64,000 bases of DNA, from positions 620,001-684,000 of the forward strand of contig JAYWIR010000029.1 in NCBI GenBank assembly GCA_036172245.1. The letters are read 5' to 3'. This document shows positions 1 through 15,600 of this stretch, piece after piece (positions within the stretch are counted from its first letter, which is position 1; each line of letters opens with the position of its first letter). The notes below the pieces were generated by a model. The model was not told the DNA's origin. It saw nothing but the letters and a program-made list of their open reading frames with translations, and made no database searches. The position numbers were made by a program, and so were the translations under genes. This DNA comes from Raillietiella orientalis. Lineage: Eukaryota.

Positions 1-784
1 GGTGCAGGAGTAGAACGCAGGAAAACTCCACCCGCGACAGCGTCGCAACGGACGCACGGATCGACTCGTCTGGGCCAGCTGGTCATCAGCCAGCGAGGTC
101 ATAGTCGAACCCCCAGGCTCCGAAACTGAGGCGAAAGCGAAGGCAATCTGGACAGTCTTTGGGCAGGCCGGGAAGAGGGAGTGGGGAATTTTTCCCAAAC
201 AGGACGCCGAGCTCCGCTGCCTGCACGGACGCCCGAGGCGGACTCCCGACCGCCTCGAGCAGAAGGAGGATGGCGATCGCTCCTTCCCCGAGGTCTCCCG
301 CGCGCTCCGGAGGACGGGAGTGGGCCGGCCCAGGAGGTTTCACGCGGAAAGGAACCCCAGGAAGGAGGCGAATGGGAAACGCAAAGAGATCGGGAAGCAG
401 CCGGGAATCTCCCGAGCTGCGGTTGCCGTCGAGAAGTCGCGAACCGAGAAGTTTCGGGAAAACGAGGGGGCGGGCAGAAACGACGGCCAGAGGAAGGTCA
501 GGGAGGGGGCATCGGAAGCGCGCGCGCTGAGGCGAAAGAGGGGATGCAGGAGAGACAGAGGGAAGGGGGCAGAGCAAGTGCGCGCTCCCTGATTCGACCC
601 CAGTATCTGGCGCACCGGAGCGCTCAGCTGGCGCAAAAGGTGCGTCACGGGAACGCAGGCATGGCTTCTCGGAGCCGCTGTGGCGATCGTCCTCGAGGGA
701 AAGTAGGGGTGAGGGACTGAAAATGCGAGCCAAGCCCTCTCCCCCATCCCTTCAAATGCGGATGCCGGATCTGCAGAGTAGTCG

Positions 785-1065
785 CAGTCGCTCGATCCTT
801 TGGAGCTGAGAGCGGACGCGACCCGAGGTGAGCTCCATCCGAAACTCCCCTCTCTCCACTCCCTCCCCAGACTCACGATTTCCGGGAAGAAGGGGCCCAT
901 GAGGGACCAGGAGATGCTCCCGAGGAACAGCGCCATCACTCCGTTGAGCACGATCCCGAATCGATGGCGCACGGCTTTGGGAAGGCACACGCTCTCCATC
1001 CTGGTGACTGCCGGTCCCCAGCGCTACGGGCTCCACATCTCGCCCGGCAAATGGTGTCACCTCCC
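785..1065 (+). mobile_element. Highly decayed non-LTR retrotransposon RT fragment
   Basis: One frame reads SLDPLELRADATRGELHPKLPSL ... NSAITPLSTIPNRWRTAL ... RYGLHISPGKW. Order and spacing resemble the RT motifs S(D/E)PF..GVRQG..LSP.LF, YADD.LL and GL.IN..K. Catalytic residues are lost. By-eye match only. Confidence 0.33.
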
Positions 1066-2504
1066 TGACTGCCGGAACGCGAGGCGTCGCGCCGTCGGGA
1101 AGGCGGTGAGGAGAGGGAGGAGGGGGGGGGGGGTAGAAGGAGCTGGGAGAACCTCCTGCGCGAACGCACACTTCGACAGCAAACATCCCGCGCTGCCGCG
1201 CAAAGGGCAAACAGACGCGCGAGCGGGCAGCTGCGGGAAGAAAAAGGCACGCTCGCGTGCGCGTGCAGTCACGCTCCCTGTGAGCATTCCTGGAAGCGAT
1301 CTTCCGGGAGGCTGCCTCAGCCGAGCTCGCGGCACGGGAAGTGGCAAGTCTCCGCGGAGCAGGCAGGTGGGAATGCCGGTGCGGGTAGGCCGCAGGGGGG
1401 AGCGGAGGCGGGAGGAAGGCGCCCCGGGGTCGAACGCACCTGTCCGCGGGCCTCGGTGCGGTTTCCCACGAGCTCTGGTTCCGTGAAAGCGGGCCACCAG
1501 GCGGCGGACCTGGCGACGTCTTCCCTCGCTGTGCCCACCCTCCTCTTCGCAGCGCAGGGTGGGAAATGAGTCCCCCGGGACAAGTTGGAGCAGGGGTCGG
1601 GCTCGCACTTCAGGAGGAGACTCGAAGCTTCCCGGGACCCTCCTTCTTCCCAGCAAAGCGCGCTCCGTCGACGCCCCAAGATGGAGCTCCTCCCCCGCGC
1701 CTGCTCCCTCGGCGAAAGGTCCCTCGAGGGGAGAAGTCCTCCATCCTTCCTCCCCATCCTTCGTCCCCCCCCCCTCCCCGTTGCTAAAGAGCCCAGGAAA
1801 GACTCTCTAAGGGTCCTATGATGTCACTCGGATGTACCTCACATCCCGCCTGTGGCTCCTCGAACGGGTCGGAGGGAGACAACAGCAGGAAGGGCCCGCG
1901 TCTCCCGCTAGCCTCCCTCCGCATCCCCTCCCCTGAGCACCAGCAGCCTCCTCCCCAGGACTCCCTCGAGCCCACTGAGAAGACGCTCTGTGGCTAAGGA
2001 GACGACGCCCTTTCGGCAGCGCCTCGGGGAGGAATGGGGCGGCATGGCACCGGAAGTGGCAAGCGGAAGCGTCCCGGATGGCGGCTTCCCTTCCGCTTTC
2101 CCCTCCTACTCGCAACGGGAGGGACTCTCCTGCTTGTCTTGCTCCGGAGACCCTCCCACCCCTTCCTCCTCCTTACTCGTGGCTCCCTCCTCTCTTGCTT
2201 CCCGGCAAAGAGAGGTCGCGTCCCTTGAACCGCCTCCCTGCCGACGGTGCCGCCACGTCTTCCCGGCTGGGTGGAGAACGCCCTCCCCTCTTCCTCTCCT
2301 TTCCTGCTCATACCGGACCCCTCTGGGGATATGGTAACTCACCCCTGAGAAGCACTCCCGCTTCCAGGCAATGGAGAAGTGGAGGAGGGACGAAGGAGAA
2401 GGGATTAGAGGGAAGGCTCGTCCGACCGGTAGCAAAGGGGTAATCAGCAAGGAGTTTCCGGTAGCTTCTGCAACGGCTGCGCTTTCCCTGCTGCCACTCT
2501 GCCG

Positions 2505-2665
2505 GTTGCTATGGCCCCTGAGTCGCTCCTTCACAGCAGCCGATGGAACCCCTTTTCTCTCTCATTCTCGAGGATCGCCGTCTGAGGGCGCTGCCGGAGT
2601 CGCGCCAGAGGGTTGCCATGGAAGTAAAGGGGGAAGGACCCTTATTCCTTCCGCACGGGGGCGCT
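2505..2665 (+). mobile_element. Possible decayed RTE-like LINE RT fragment
   Basis: LSRSFTAADG, then after a frameshift PLFSLILEDRRLRAL...VKGEGPLFL. This resembles LS.PF...G(VRQG)..P.LF.L.LE..R.L...INGE.L..L. By-eye match only. Confidence 0.22.
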
Positions 2666-4482
2666 CTCGACCGGCTTCTGCTGCTGCACACATCACGCCT
2701 TCCCCCGCTCAGTTCCCGCAGAGCGGACGCGAGGACCGAGAGATGCTTCCCCCTTTTGGTCCCGTTCCTCCACCAGCAGCCTGGGTGTCTCTTGGGCCGC
2801 GCGCGGCCTCCCCGCGAGGGCCTCCCTCGACTTGGACGAGGACGGTGCGCAGTGGGCCCGCACCTCCCCTAGGCGGCACCGGAAGAGCCCGCTACGAAGC
2901 GGGGGCGCCCGTGTCTGCGAGGGTCGGCCGGTGCGAGGCGGGCGAGCACCCGTCTCCCGGGCGACGTGGCTTCCCACGGATCCGCGGAGCAGCTGGAGCT
3001 TCCCCCCGCCACTGCGAGGATGCAGCGACAGCCGGTTCGCCAGTGCCTCGTGCTCGGCGGGGTGATGACGCTGCAAGTGGTTCGGGGTCTACGGAACTGC
3101 GCTGCGCGCGCGGCTCGCGGGAAACTGGCACACTCTGGTGGCGTGGCGGTGAGCGAGGAGCTGTTCCCATCCCAGGTGCGGGCGCGACCACGCGACCCTT
3201 TGCACCTGCGCCGCTCAACGAGCTCGTCTGCAGGAGGAATTTGTGGCTCGGGGCGAGCATCGGAACGATGTTCCCTGGTTGCCCTCGGGAAGACGGGCTA
3301 AGTTCCGCCAATGGCGCCAGGAGGAAGGCGGAAAAAAAAAGGGAGGAAGAGCAAGCAGACGAACTTCAGTACTCGACCCCTCTCTTATTCCTTCAAGCTA
3401 CCGTCTCGCATCGCTCGAAAACGAAGGTCATGATGGTGGGAAGGGAAGGGGGAGAGAAACTTCGAGGCTAGGGGTTCTCCTGAACATCCCCCTCATCTCC
3501 CTTCTGAATCTCCTCGCCTCGAAGAAAACCTCGCTCCGGCGTAGAGGGACAGGAAGAGGAAGCAGGAAGCGGGAATTCCAGTTCCCATGGAGACGGCGAG
3601 GTTCGGTTGGAAATGCAGGGAGCGCACATTGCGAGCGAAGTTCGCGCCCCGCATCTCCGATTTCTTCCATCATCTGGAGATTTCCGTGAAAGGAAGAGTA
3701 TCCACGCGTGCGCCGTGGAGAAGCCGTGCATCTACATTTCCAGCGGCACGTGGCTCTCTTTTCGCAGTCGGCGCGATAAGCGAAGGGTTTTCGCGAAGAA
3801 CGAACTTGCAAGTGTGCTGCGTAGACGGCGGATTCATCAGTTCTGTGTCGCGCATGCAAAAAGGAGACAACTCGGTGGAAGCAGACACTCTTCTTCGCGC
3901 TCTAGCCGCTACCCACGGAGAAAAAAAAGAAAAAACGCGCGCGTGCAATTCTCTCTCGTCACCCGAAGACTTCCGGTAACTGCGGTTGGTGTTCTCCAGC
4001 CCTTCGCGATGCAAGCAGCAAGCAGCCTGACTGGTGCCTGCGGTGGAGGTGGTGGCAGCGACCAGGCAGCACCAAGCTCTTCCACGGTCGGTAAGAGCGG
4101 GCAGGAGTCGCGAGCGGAGACGCTCTAAGGCTTATTTCCTGACTGCTGCTGCGCGCGTTCAACGGGATACTTCGATCCCGGCAAGAAACTCAGGACGGTA
4201 GCACTTGTGACCTCACCGTGGCGAACAAATCCCCCGGGTACATCTAAAAGATAATCCTCCACGACCGTCGTTTCCACCAAAAGCTTAGAAAACGAAATTT
4301 CGGAGATGACGTCACGCATTTTGCAACCCTACAATAAAGGCGCGTGTTGCAGCTGAGAACGCAACACTAACGGCACAAAGTGTTAAGTAATCACCGTCTT
4401 GAAACTTTATATTTTGTTTCCAGTTGCAACTAAGTTACAACTGCATACAAGGCATAAAAGCTCCAGACGCTCGTAAACAGGC

Positions 4483-4546
4483 AACAACAAAAACAATTTC
4501 ATTCTACGAATCCAGGTATTCGTAGAATGAAATTGTTTTTGTTGTT
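4483..4546. repeat. Perfect 29-bp inverted repeat with 6-nt loop
   Basis: AACAACAAAAACAATTTCATTCTACGAAT (4483-4511), loop CCAGGT, exact reverse complement at 4518-4546. Confidence 0.95.
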
Positions 4547-7500
4547 TTGTGTTTTTGTTGTTGTTGCTTCATGTGCTATGGGCTACTGTGAGCTGCGTAG
4601 GAACTCCCTTGCCTATGAGCACCTGTTTTTCCAAAGGATGCAGGCGCAGTCCTTCTTTTTCAAGTGTTTCGATTGAAAAATCACCCGTTCATTCCGCGGG
4701 CAGAAAGGATCCCGTAAAACTGCAGGCGCAAGCCAAACTTGAGGCAGAAAAGAACGAGATGCAGGACTGGGAAAGCTTCTTTATCTTCTGGAAAAGAAAG
4801 TCGGTCGCTTTACTGTTCCTTACTTAACTGCATAATAGCAGGCGATGCAAACAGACGACATGAAATACCACGGAAGCAATGAATGTGTGCGTGCATGTGT
4901 GTGCTTAACTCTTAAACTTATACTAAACTCGTGATGAACACCCGTGTTGCTGGACAGATTGTCAAGAATGACCCTAGCTGAAGTCTTAGACCGAGATAAC
5001 GTGAAAAACTTCATGAAATGGGAGATGAGGTCACTCCATATTGGCAAGGTTCATGCGCAGGCAACATGAAAGGAGATCCCCCAAACCCACTGGATTTCGC
5101 AATAGTTCAAGAGAAAACACATAATGGGTGATCCACACCATTCGTGCAACTGGTACGGTGCGCAAATGTGAGTGCGCAAGAAATGGTGGATTGGAGTTAG
5201 AAAATACGGCAAGCAGAGCTGGTAGAAAGGAGGCAGTTGGTAAAGTATAGGTAGGCTCCGAAATGTCGTTGGATGCACGTCAGTTTTGCAACACATCAAA
5301 GGTCTGAAATGGTTGCACTCCAGATGAACTGAGACTTGAAAATACGAGCAAGAGTACCTACTACATCTCATTTTTCAAACCATTACGAAATCTTACAGCA
5401 TCTCTTTGTTTCCTGAGTCGTACTGTTCACGTGATTTAGAATGTGGAAACACATCAATCACACACACTGTCAGGGTGCATTTTCTGGATTGAAAAATCCA
5501 TAGACATCATAAATCTAATACACACACACGCACACACACAAATTCGAAACAATTCTATCTTTTTGCGGTCCTCAATTACTCTTTCTCTGAAGATTACGCT
5601 TTCAGAAAATACCTACAAGGCACACGAGATCACGTATGGGTTTGGAACCACAGGTGAAAACTGGTGACTTTCCATTATTTTTTGGAGGGCAATTTATACA
5701 GCACTTGTTTCCAAAATCTACCGTAGAAATGCGAAAAAAAAAAAAAAAGAAAAGAAACAGGATCCAAAGGAAGCATAAAAATCGCATACCAAGACAGAGC
5801 TTTGGAAAGCTTGTAACTCTGGATGAAACACTACCAAACAAATGCAATTTTGAGAGAGCTCACTTCCAACAACACCACGCTGGGAATTGCCAGGTTCGAT
5901 TCCGAACCACAGGGAATAATCAAGATTCTGCATATGAGCAAGTTTTATCATTGTATACATTGATCAGGGTTGCAAGTTTTAGCAATGATTGAATGACCAC
6001 AAAATCTTTGTTCTGTTTCTCGATAAGTGATGATCTGAGAAGGATACGTTATTGGAACACTAATACTTGCTATCGATCGAATAAAAGGTAAATTGATGCA
6101 TGTCAGAGGAGTGTTCTTGGTGCAGATGGAATACAGGAAATTAAAGCGCGTGACTAAGAATTGTGCCTCAAATCTCTTGGCTACTTGAAGACTGTCATGT
6201 CTCTTCATTAGTCGTGTGCTTGTGTCAGACAGTGTTTGGATCGAGCCAAAGCATTCCCATTGAAAAGCCATAAGAGGTTCTTTTGTTGAATCGTTAGCAT
6301 TTTTTTTTTTTTTGGTAAGAAACGAAGCAATGACTTAATATTGAATTCTGACTCAACTTGCTATTTACCCGTGACTCACCACGTGCACAAGCACTTGCTA
6401 CGACAGTTTCAATCAGCTCATTAACCCTCTTTTCCCTTTATGTTCCCTATTTCTAAATATGGTTTGCAGATCAAACTCGGAATCAAAACAGCTTATTTCT
6501 TAGCTTTCAGTAGGCTGGTAAGAACTCAGGCGTTGTTGTTGCTATTATTCTTATGCGTTCGCAAAGACCTTTGGCACAAAATCGCTGTGATCGCTGTAAT
6601 TCATATAAAATAATCGGTTTCGCAAACTTCCTTCTGTGCGCTAGGAAAACACATCCATAAAAGTTTTCTTTCTTTGGATTCATTTGTTGGTGGACAACGA
6701 AAAATTCACATGCTTGTGACTGTGCTTGTTCATTACCTTCTCATTTAATTAACTGACAGTGAAATTCCTATAATAGTAAGCTAAATTTAATGCCAACGTC
6801 CTGTCCGCCTTCCCCTAGTCATACGAGGTCGCTGTGCTTTTTCCACAAATTTGTTCCACAAAGTTCAAGGTTCATGCAACACACGACGTTTCTAATCAGT
6901 GTTTTCTCAAACGGAGCTTTCAACTTAAGAACTTCGGTAAGGAAACCAAAGGCTCGACGTAGCTTATGCAAATACTAAAACAATTTGTGGGGCGGGGAAA
7001 AAAACACACACACAAAAAAAAAAACGTTTCAAAGCCAAATAACTGATGCGTTTTGATTTGACTAACTCGAGTAACTTTGGTTTTCAAACATTTTGAATAA
7101 TGACATGCCTCCATTCGCCATTTTTTCATCGGCTACATTTTTACATAAAAATATCTGGCAAATGAAAAGTAAAATGGCCTCCCCCGCACACTCGCATCGG
7201 ACCATTCAAATAGTTCGTTCCCCTCCATCGGAGCGATTCGCTTGCGTGAGTTACTGCGGACTTGGCTCCCAACTTTGCAGGAAAAAATATCATCGTTCAC
7301 TTGCAATAGTGCAAATCTGCTTTTTAAGCAAATTCACGACTCTTAGACTCCCACCGTGAACTCTGCGACAGTGAGAATGAACTTACGACGTCCCGTACCC
7401 TGCTTGCAACACTTGTCGCACACAGCATCTCTCCTGTAATTGAAATCATGGTTGATGCAGTACACTACATTCAGTGTAGCGCAAGCATGCTAATATGAAG

Positions 7501-9274
7501 AAAGCAAGTTAGATCTTCGCATTATTCGGAAAGCATCGAAAAGAAATGTGTTGCCGAAGTCATCAGTGTCGAAGAAGATTCGAAACAGCTTTGGTTACTT
7601 CTTCCGATGCGAGTCTGATGGCACGCTCCTTCATCAGCACAAGTGTTGTCCGTAACGATTGGAATCTTCACAGAATTCATTTAGGTGTCCCCTTTTTTTG
7701 GAAGGTAATTTAAATGCTAATCAGTGATGAGACTATACACTTGAGTAAGGGTTCTCAAAGACTCACGAAGGCTGATTCGCAAATTTATTTAGGAGAAACG
7801 AGGTGCGTCCACTTCAAATGAAACGTAGCTGAATCTCTTACAGCTACCCCATCAGCGAATCCACGTACTGCATCCGATGTGTTCGAAGGAAAGTGAGACG
7901 AAAATGGCACGGTTCAGAAACATTATGGAGAGAAAGATAAAAAACAAAACAAAACGAAGCGGCTGAGTGTTTTTTTTTTTTTTTTACTACAAACACGCTC
8001 ACGAAAACGTAGAAGCAAAAATGATTTGTGCTAAATTTTGAGGTGAAGTAAAAAGAGTTGGGGCCAAGGGAATTTGAAGGTGGACAGAAAGAATGTCATC
8101 TACCCTTGCTTCATGACTAACAGTCCTTTCGTGCCTTCCTCACCACAAGAGCCCAGACGCTTTCCGTTTATACGTGAAGACATTCGTTCGGACTAGTTTA
8201 TAGATGTAAAAGGGCGCAAGATTATTTGCCAATCTAAAAGAATTCTATGCAACTTGCTATCAGAAAGCTTACGGGATTTACTTAATGGCATCAGAAAGGA
8301 AACCAAATTCGGAAAACAGGCAACTTTATAAGTGGGGAGTACGCTCTTACCTATTCTTCAAATGGAAGGACTGAAAGAAGTTTCTACAAGTATCAGGTAC
8401 ATTACCTTTATTATTAAATGTGCTACCGTGTTTTTTTCCTGAATGATGACATTTCATCAATGTCGATAAAAAGCTCCCACTCTCATTTACATTCAAAGAA
8501 GAGGGGAAAAAAAAGTTCACGCACAATAGCCACTATTAAGATTTTGGCATGCTATGGCTGTTATCAATTACTTTCCATCATTTATGTTATCGACGGGTTA
8601 TTGCCTTTTTTTTTTTTCCACAAATATTTCCCATGTTCGGGCGAGACCAAGTGAAGCGGCATAAAAAAAAAAAGAAAACGCTCCTGGCTTTAAAAGTTGA
8701 TTCAAAACATTCTATTTCGTATGCAAAGCACTCATCGGACATGAGAATAAACAGCTACTACACTTCATCGTTTCAAGACCGAAAGGTCAAAGTTTTGCAG
8801 CAAGAGTGACCTCGACATTTTTCTACACGTCCCTCTCGAGTAGTCACTCATATGCCACTCGAGTTTCTCGGTAAGCCCATCCCAACCAGAATTAGCAAAG
8901 GTACTTTTTCCCAAGTCCGTATACTCGTGCATATGGGGTGTACAGCCTTTTCTATTTTCCCCAACTGCATGCTACTGGTAGGAGCACGAATTCTTCCAGC
9001 TGTTCACCGTCGGAACCTAATGGCCACTCGGATGGCCGGCCGGCTTGCTTCACCGAATTTGCATTTCGATTTCGTGGCCAAGACCGTTTCTCCGAGTACA
9101 CCCGCGAACACTAACGGACCGACTGCGGTGACGTAATGTACGCGTAATACGTTGCGTGCGAATGCAATGACCCGTTCCTGCTTCCCGTGCATTTTTTTCG
9201 AACCCACTCGTATTTCACCGCTGCCAATTTAAATCGAAGTGCGTGCAATCACGGAGCACAGCCGCTTAAAAAGG

Positions 9275-9320
<46 letters not shown>
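9275..9320 (+). repeat. Poly(A)46 homopolymer
   Basis: Uninterrupted run of 46 A, the longest homopolymer in the window. Confidence 0.95.
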
Positions 9321-9324
<4 letters not shown>

Positions 9325-12005
9325 TCACCTGTTTAAGGTGATAACTTCCACAAATTGAGAACCAATGGAAAAGTGATATGTACAAACCACCTCGGCGAAA
9401 ACTCGAAAATTCTCAATCGAAGGATGGGCAAGATAATTTAGCCGCTGTTCTTTTGCGCTGACACTCCACTCAGAATGTAAACTCCTTTGCCCTTCCAAGA
9501 TGGGACAGTGCAAACAGCTCACATTTCGGTGCCCCAAGTGCATGCACAGATTCGTCAACTAAACGAAGAGCAGCCTATTTCCAGCAAAAAGAGAAAGAAC
9601 GTTGTAACCGACCTCATCAAATGTTTGGTATGACATGGAAAAGCTACAATTGGCTGCATCTTTTCCACATCAAGCAGTTACAATGGGATCACATTAGATT
9701 AGTAAAGTCCCGCCTGAGATAACGGGATTTCGAGTTTGTTCGACGAGACCAACATCCTCGAAACAAACGGCAGTTCCGTGAATTTTCAACCTACGCGCAC
9801 TCCTCTTTTGGTTAAGTACAGACCGACACTGAGGAACAATAGTTATCCGGCCAATATTCGAAAGTCAAAACACTGCTGGGGGATAGGGGAGATAAACCTT
9901 ATGCAAAGGCAAATGCATCTGAATGAGCAGTCACGGAGAGAAACACTAAAAATTTAAAAACGAAACGAAGAGGCAATCTCGACTTCTATGAATTACGATG
10001 GAGGTCCTGGCTTCTTGATGCCATAAAATGGCTGTCGACTCCCCTCCTCCAAATCGGCAATCATGTTACCACCCTCAGCAACGTTTCCAAGATCTGGCGA
10101 ACGTGTTTGAAGATCAGACCTACCACGGTAACAAGCATGTCAAATAGAATCGATTTCGCTGATCGACAAATTAACCAATCCGGCTCAAACCAATTAATTC
10201 GGGAAAGTTGACTTCGGTAGAAATATAAACCATTTAGTACACAACGGAAACACTCACACGAACCTTACAAAAAGTATGCAAATATTTTATTTTGTTGACC
10301 ACTACTTTTGAGTGGTGTTACCAAGACTACGCCAAGTTTCCGGGGTGAGGAGCAACACAACACGGGTTGCAATAACTTTTTACAATGAACAACGTTAAGT
10401 GACATAAATAAAAAGTACACACTGCTCATTTCCTTTATTTTGTTATGTGGTTTTCTATTTTATTAACCAATACGACTGATCAATAGGTAATAAGTAGCTG
10501 TCTTATTGTTCCTGTATTTTTCACAGTTACCATGCCTACGTATCCTACAAACCCCTGTACTCAAGCATTTGGATAAATTCCGAATACTGTAAAATAGGAC
10601 ACTGGGTCATGAAATCTTTATTGCACACTTCATGCTCCGGAAATGGCGAGAAAAAACAAGCAGTACAAAAACTTATAGTCTGCCAATGTCGATTCAAAGC
10701 TTCGTGGCAAATCAACTCCATTAACGAGAAACTCACGCAAATTCAACATGGGTACTTTCACTTATTCTTGATATTGTAGATCAATCAATCATATATTTTA
10801 CTATATGCACTCTAATTTTCTTAATCATTTATCGTTACATGGAAAACATCGACAAAGAAACTGAAACTGCAGAACCGAAATACCAACACATCAACATATG
10901 GTTGGAGCAAGTACACATATTGTAAGCACGTTACGCAAAGACACTGAATCTCCACATCCACGGAGTTACAATGTGAGGATAAGCAAACCACAACGGTAAA
11001 TATAAATCAAAATGAAATTAAGATGTGCAAACTTTCAATTATGTTTGAACTTTGGTTTATTCTGTTCTACAAAACATTGAAATTATCATAATCTAACTAT
11101 TAAAAACGAATCACATAAATTACAGCAAGCAGGGATCGTCATGTTATTTAGTGATTACAGTTCATACAACTATTAAAAGCAAGCATAAAAAACTCAAAAA
11201 AAACTAAACATTTCAGCCATGTCTACTTTTAAAGTAATAAATCACAAACATTTACAACACAAAATTTAATTGCCAAAGTTTAATTGCCATCATAAAACAG
11301 AATGCTTAAAAACTACACTCATTCCAGTAAAACTCGTAAACATCATTACTAATATGCTAGTAAACTGAAAGATGGACTTATGAATGAACTTGAATCTAAA
11401 CCACATTTTTGTATATGTGGATTAGTAGCCATCTACATAATCAACAAAACTTCCTAACAGTTCCTAAACAAAAAACAAAACTCAAAAGATATAATTTAAA
11501 AGCACAAAACATGCAATCATCAAGCATGCTTTTTTGGAACACTAACATACAAAATCACATGAGTGAAATAAATTTTTCTTCTTCAAATTTATGCAATTCC
11601 TTATTTATTAAAGTTTATATTAAATTGTTTCAATTACGAATTTCCTATTTCGTAATATAAAGCCATAATGGCTCTTCTAAGTAGAAAATAACCAAAACTG
11701 AAAACCTCACTCACATTTGAGACCAAGTACTTTATCAATGCATGAGATTATGAGTGGAATATTTACACAATGACTTTGCGTACAACTCAAACAGTGATGC
11801 AGTGTACATATTTATTAACACAAGAAGAGAGTTTTTTTCTTATGTGAATAAATAAGCTACCACTGAAAGTCATACTTGGTATTTAAAATACTGACTCATA
11901 ATCAGCATGTTTATAAAAAAAAAAAAATTTCATCCTCCTGTACATTAAAATAACAAAAGCATTTTTCTTAAGTAATGTAAACAACCAAGAGGTACAATAA
12001 ATATG

Positions 12006-12736
<731 letters not shown>

Positions 12737-12737
12737 C

Positions 12738-13205
12738 TATAGAAAAAAAAATGAAAAAAAAAAAAAATTGAAGATGCGTTTAAAGTTTCATTTTTCTCTT
12801 GATATTTGGGGTGCTCCTCGTCATTACATGTCTCGACGGACGTAATCATGTAACTACGTTTGCAAAATGCAGTGACTGACCCAGAAAAGCTGCACATTAA
12901 AAATAAAGGTGGATGTATGCTTGCAATAGTAATTAAAAACATGAACTGCCAACTCCAGATAAAAAAAAAAAAAATTGAAACAAAATGAAAACACTGGAAG
13001 CTCAAACGCAAACATTGCTTTACGTACTTAGTATATTCGGCTTGTAGAAAGCAAGCAACTTAAGCGTTCCTTAAGTATTTCAATTGATTTAGGATACAGT
13101 AATTTCGTCATTTTTTGGATCGATGAAGTTATTTTGTGGCACAGAGATACAAAAGAGTAAAACAAATACGGAATTTTCTCTTTTCAAGAAATCAAAAGTA
13201 CTTAC
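12738..13205 (-). other. Putative 5'UTR intron of the HP1 gene
   Basis: Minus-strand donor GTAAGT at 13205-13200; long T tract plus CTATAG acceptor ending 7 nt before the ATG at 12730. Implies a non-coding first exon upstream of 13206. Confidence 0.6.
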
Positions 13206-13583
13206 TCAAAGTGTACACATCTTCCCGAGCTCACGAACTGTACTTGACGAGCACAACCCGCGAAAAATTGCACAAAGCTTGTAAGTTCATTGCTTAAAGC
13301 GAATTTGAACTACGATTGTTTTTAGTTGCTTGGCCTGTTTTATTTAGTGGTTGCTCAAATTAGTGGAGTAATTTCTGAAATATATTCCAAAAAATAATAA
13401 CGTGATGTGTTGCATTTTTTTCAGCATTATTAAGTACTTTCTTGATTTTCTGTTTTTAATAAGCTGTTTGTTATATTAAAGTTGCGGAATATGCGATAAT
13501 TGTTGAAACGTCAATGGTAACAAGCTTCCATTTTATCGTAGCGTCTCAAAAGATATAACGGAAAGAAAAGTTTTTCTGCCACA
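13206..13583. promoter_or_regulatory. Bidirectional promoter region and 5'UTRs shared by HP1 (-) and hnRNP A/B (+)
   Basis: The two ATGs diverge with 853 nt between them. The interval keeps CpGs while both gene bodies are CpG-poor. It contains an E2F-like TTTCGCGG (minus strand, about 13258-13265), a CHR-like TTTGAA (13304-13309) and a YY1-like CCATTTT (13528-13534). Transcription start sites cannot be placed exactly. Confidence 0.7.
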
Positions 13584-15263
<1,680 letters not shown>

Positions 15264-15490
15264 TCAAGGTAGTGTATGTGGTTCTTGAGCCACTTATAAG
15301 GGAAGAGGCACCCAGCAAAATTTTAATCAGCAAATATGTTATTGTTGTGAATGAATTCTTAAGTACCATGTTGTGAGCAGCCAGGGAACATATGTAGGGT
15401 CCTGCATGAGGGCCTCCTGTTATTGTTCCCCTCCCCCACCTGAATGTATCCCAAACATTATTAATAAAACAAATTAACCTAGTGTTTCAG

Positions 15491-15600
15491 ACTAGTCAGG
15501 GCAGATGTTTTAGTGCAGGTTGAAAAGAGGCTAGGTAGGCAAGCTAGCATAGAAAGTAGGCAAGCTAGCATAGAAAGTAGGCAAGCCAGCCATGTTACAG
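15491..15600 (+). promoter_or_regulatory. Candidate UAG-rich 3'UTR cassette exon (110 nt)
   Basis: Branch-like TTAAC and GTTTCAG| acceptor ending at 15490; CAG|GTAGGC donor at 15601; 10 TAG (4 of them TAGG) inside. Confidence 0.5.
15535..15590 (+). repeat. 21-bp tandem repeat, about 2.7 copies
   Basis: GTAGGCAAGCTAGCATAGAAA twice, then GTAGGCAAGCCAGC. Confidence 0.92.

Noticed and set aside
86..4128. Dense overlapping long ORFs (e.g. 2371-3471, 366 aa)
   Set aside because: Open in several frames on both strands, P/R/G/A/S-biased, no domain or splice structure; expected in very GC-rich DNA.
5860..5910. GGTTCGATTCC B-box (tRNA or SINE)
   Set aside because: No A-box at the proper distance and no cloverleaf stems.
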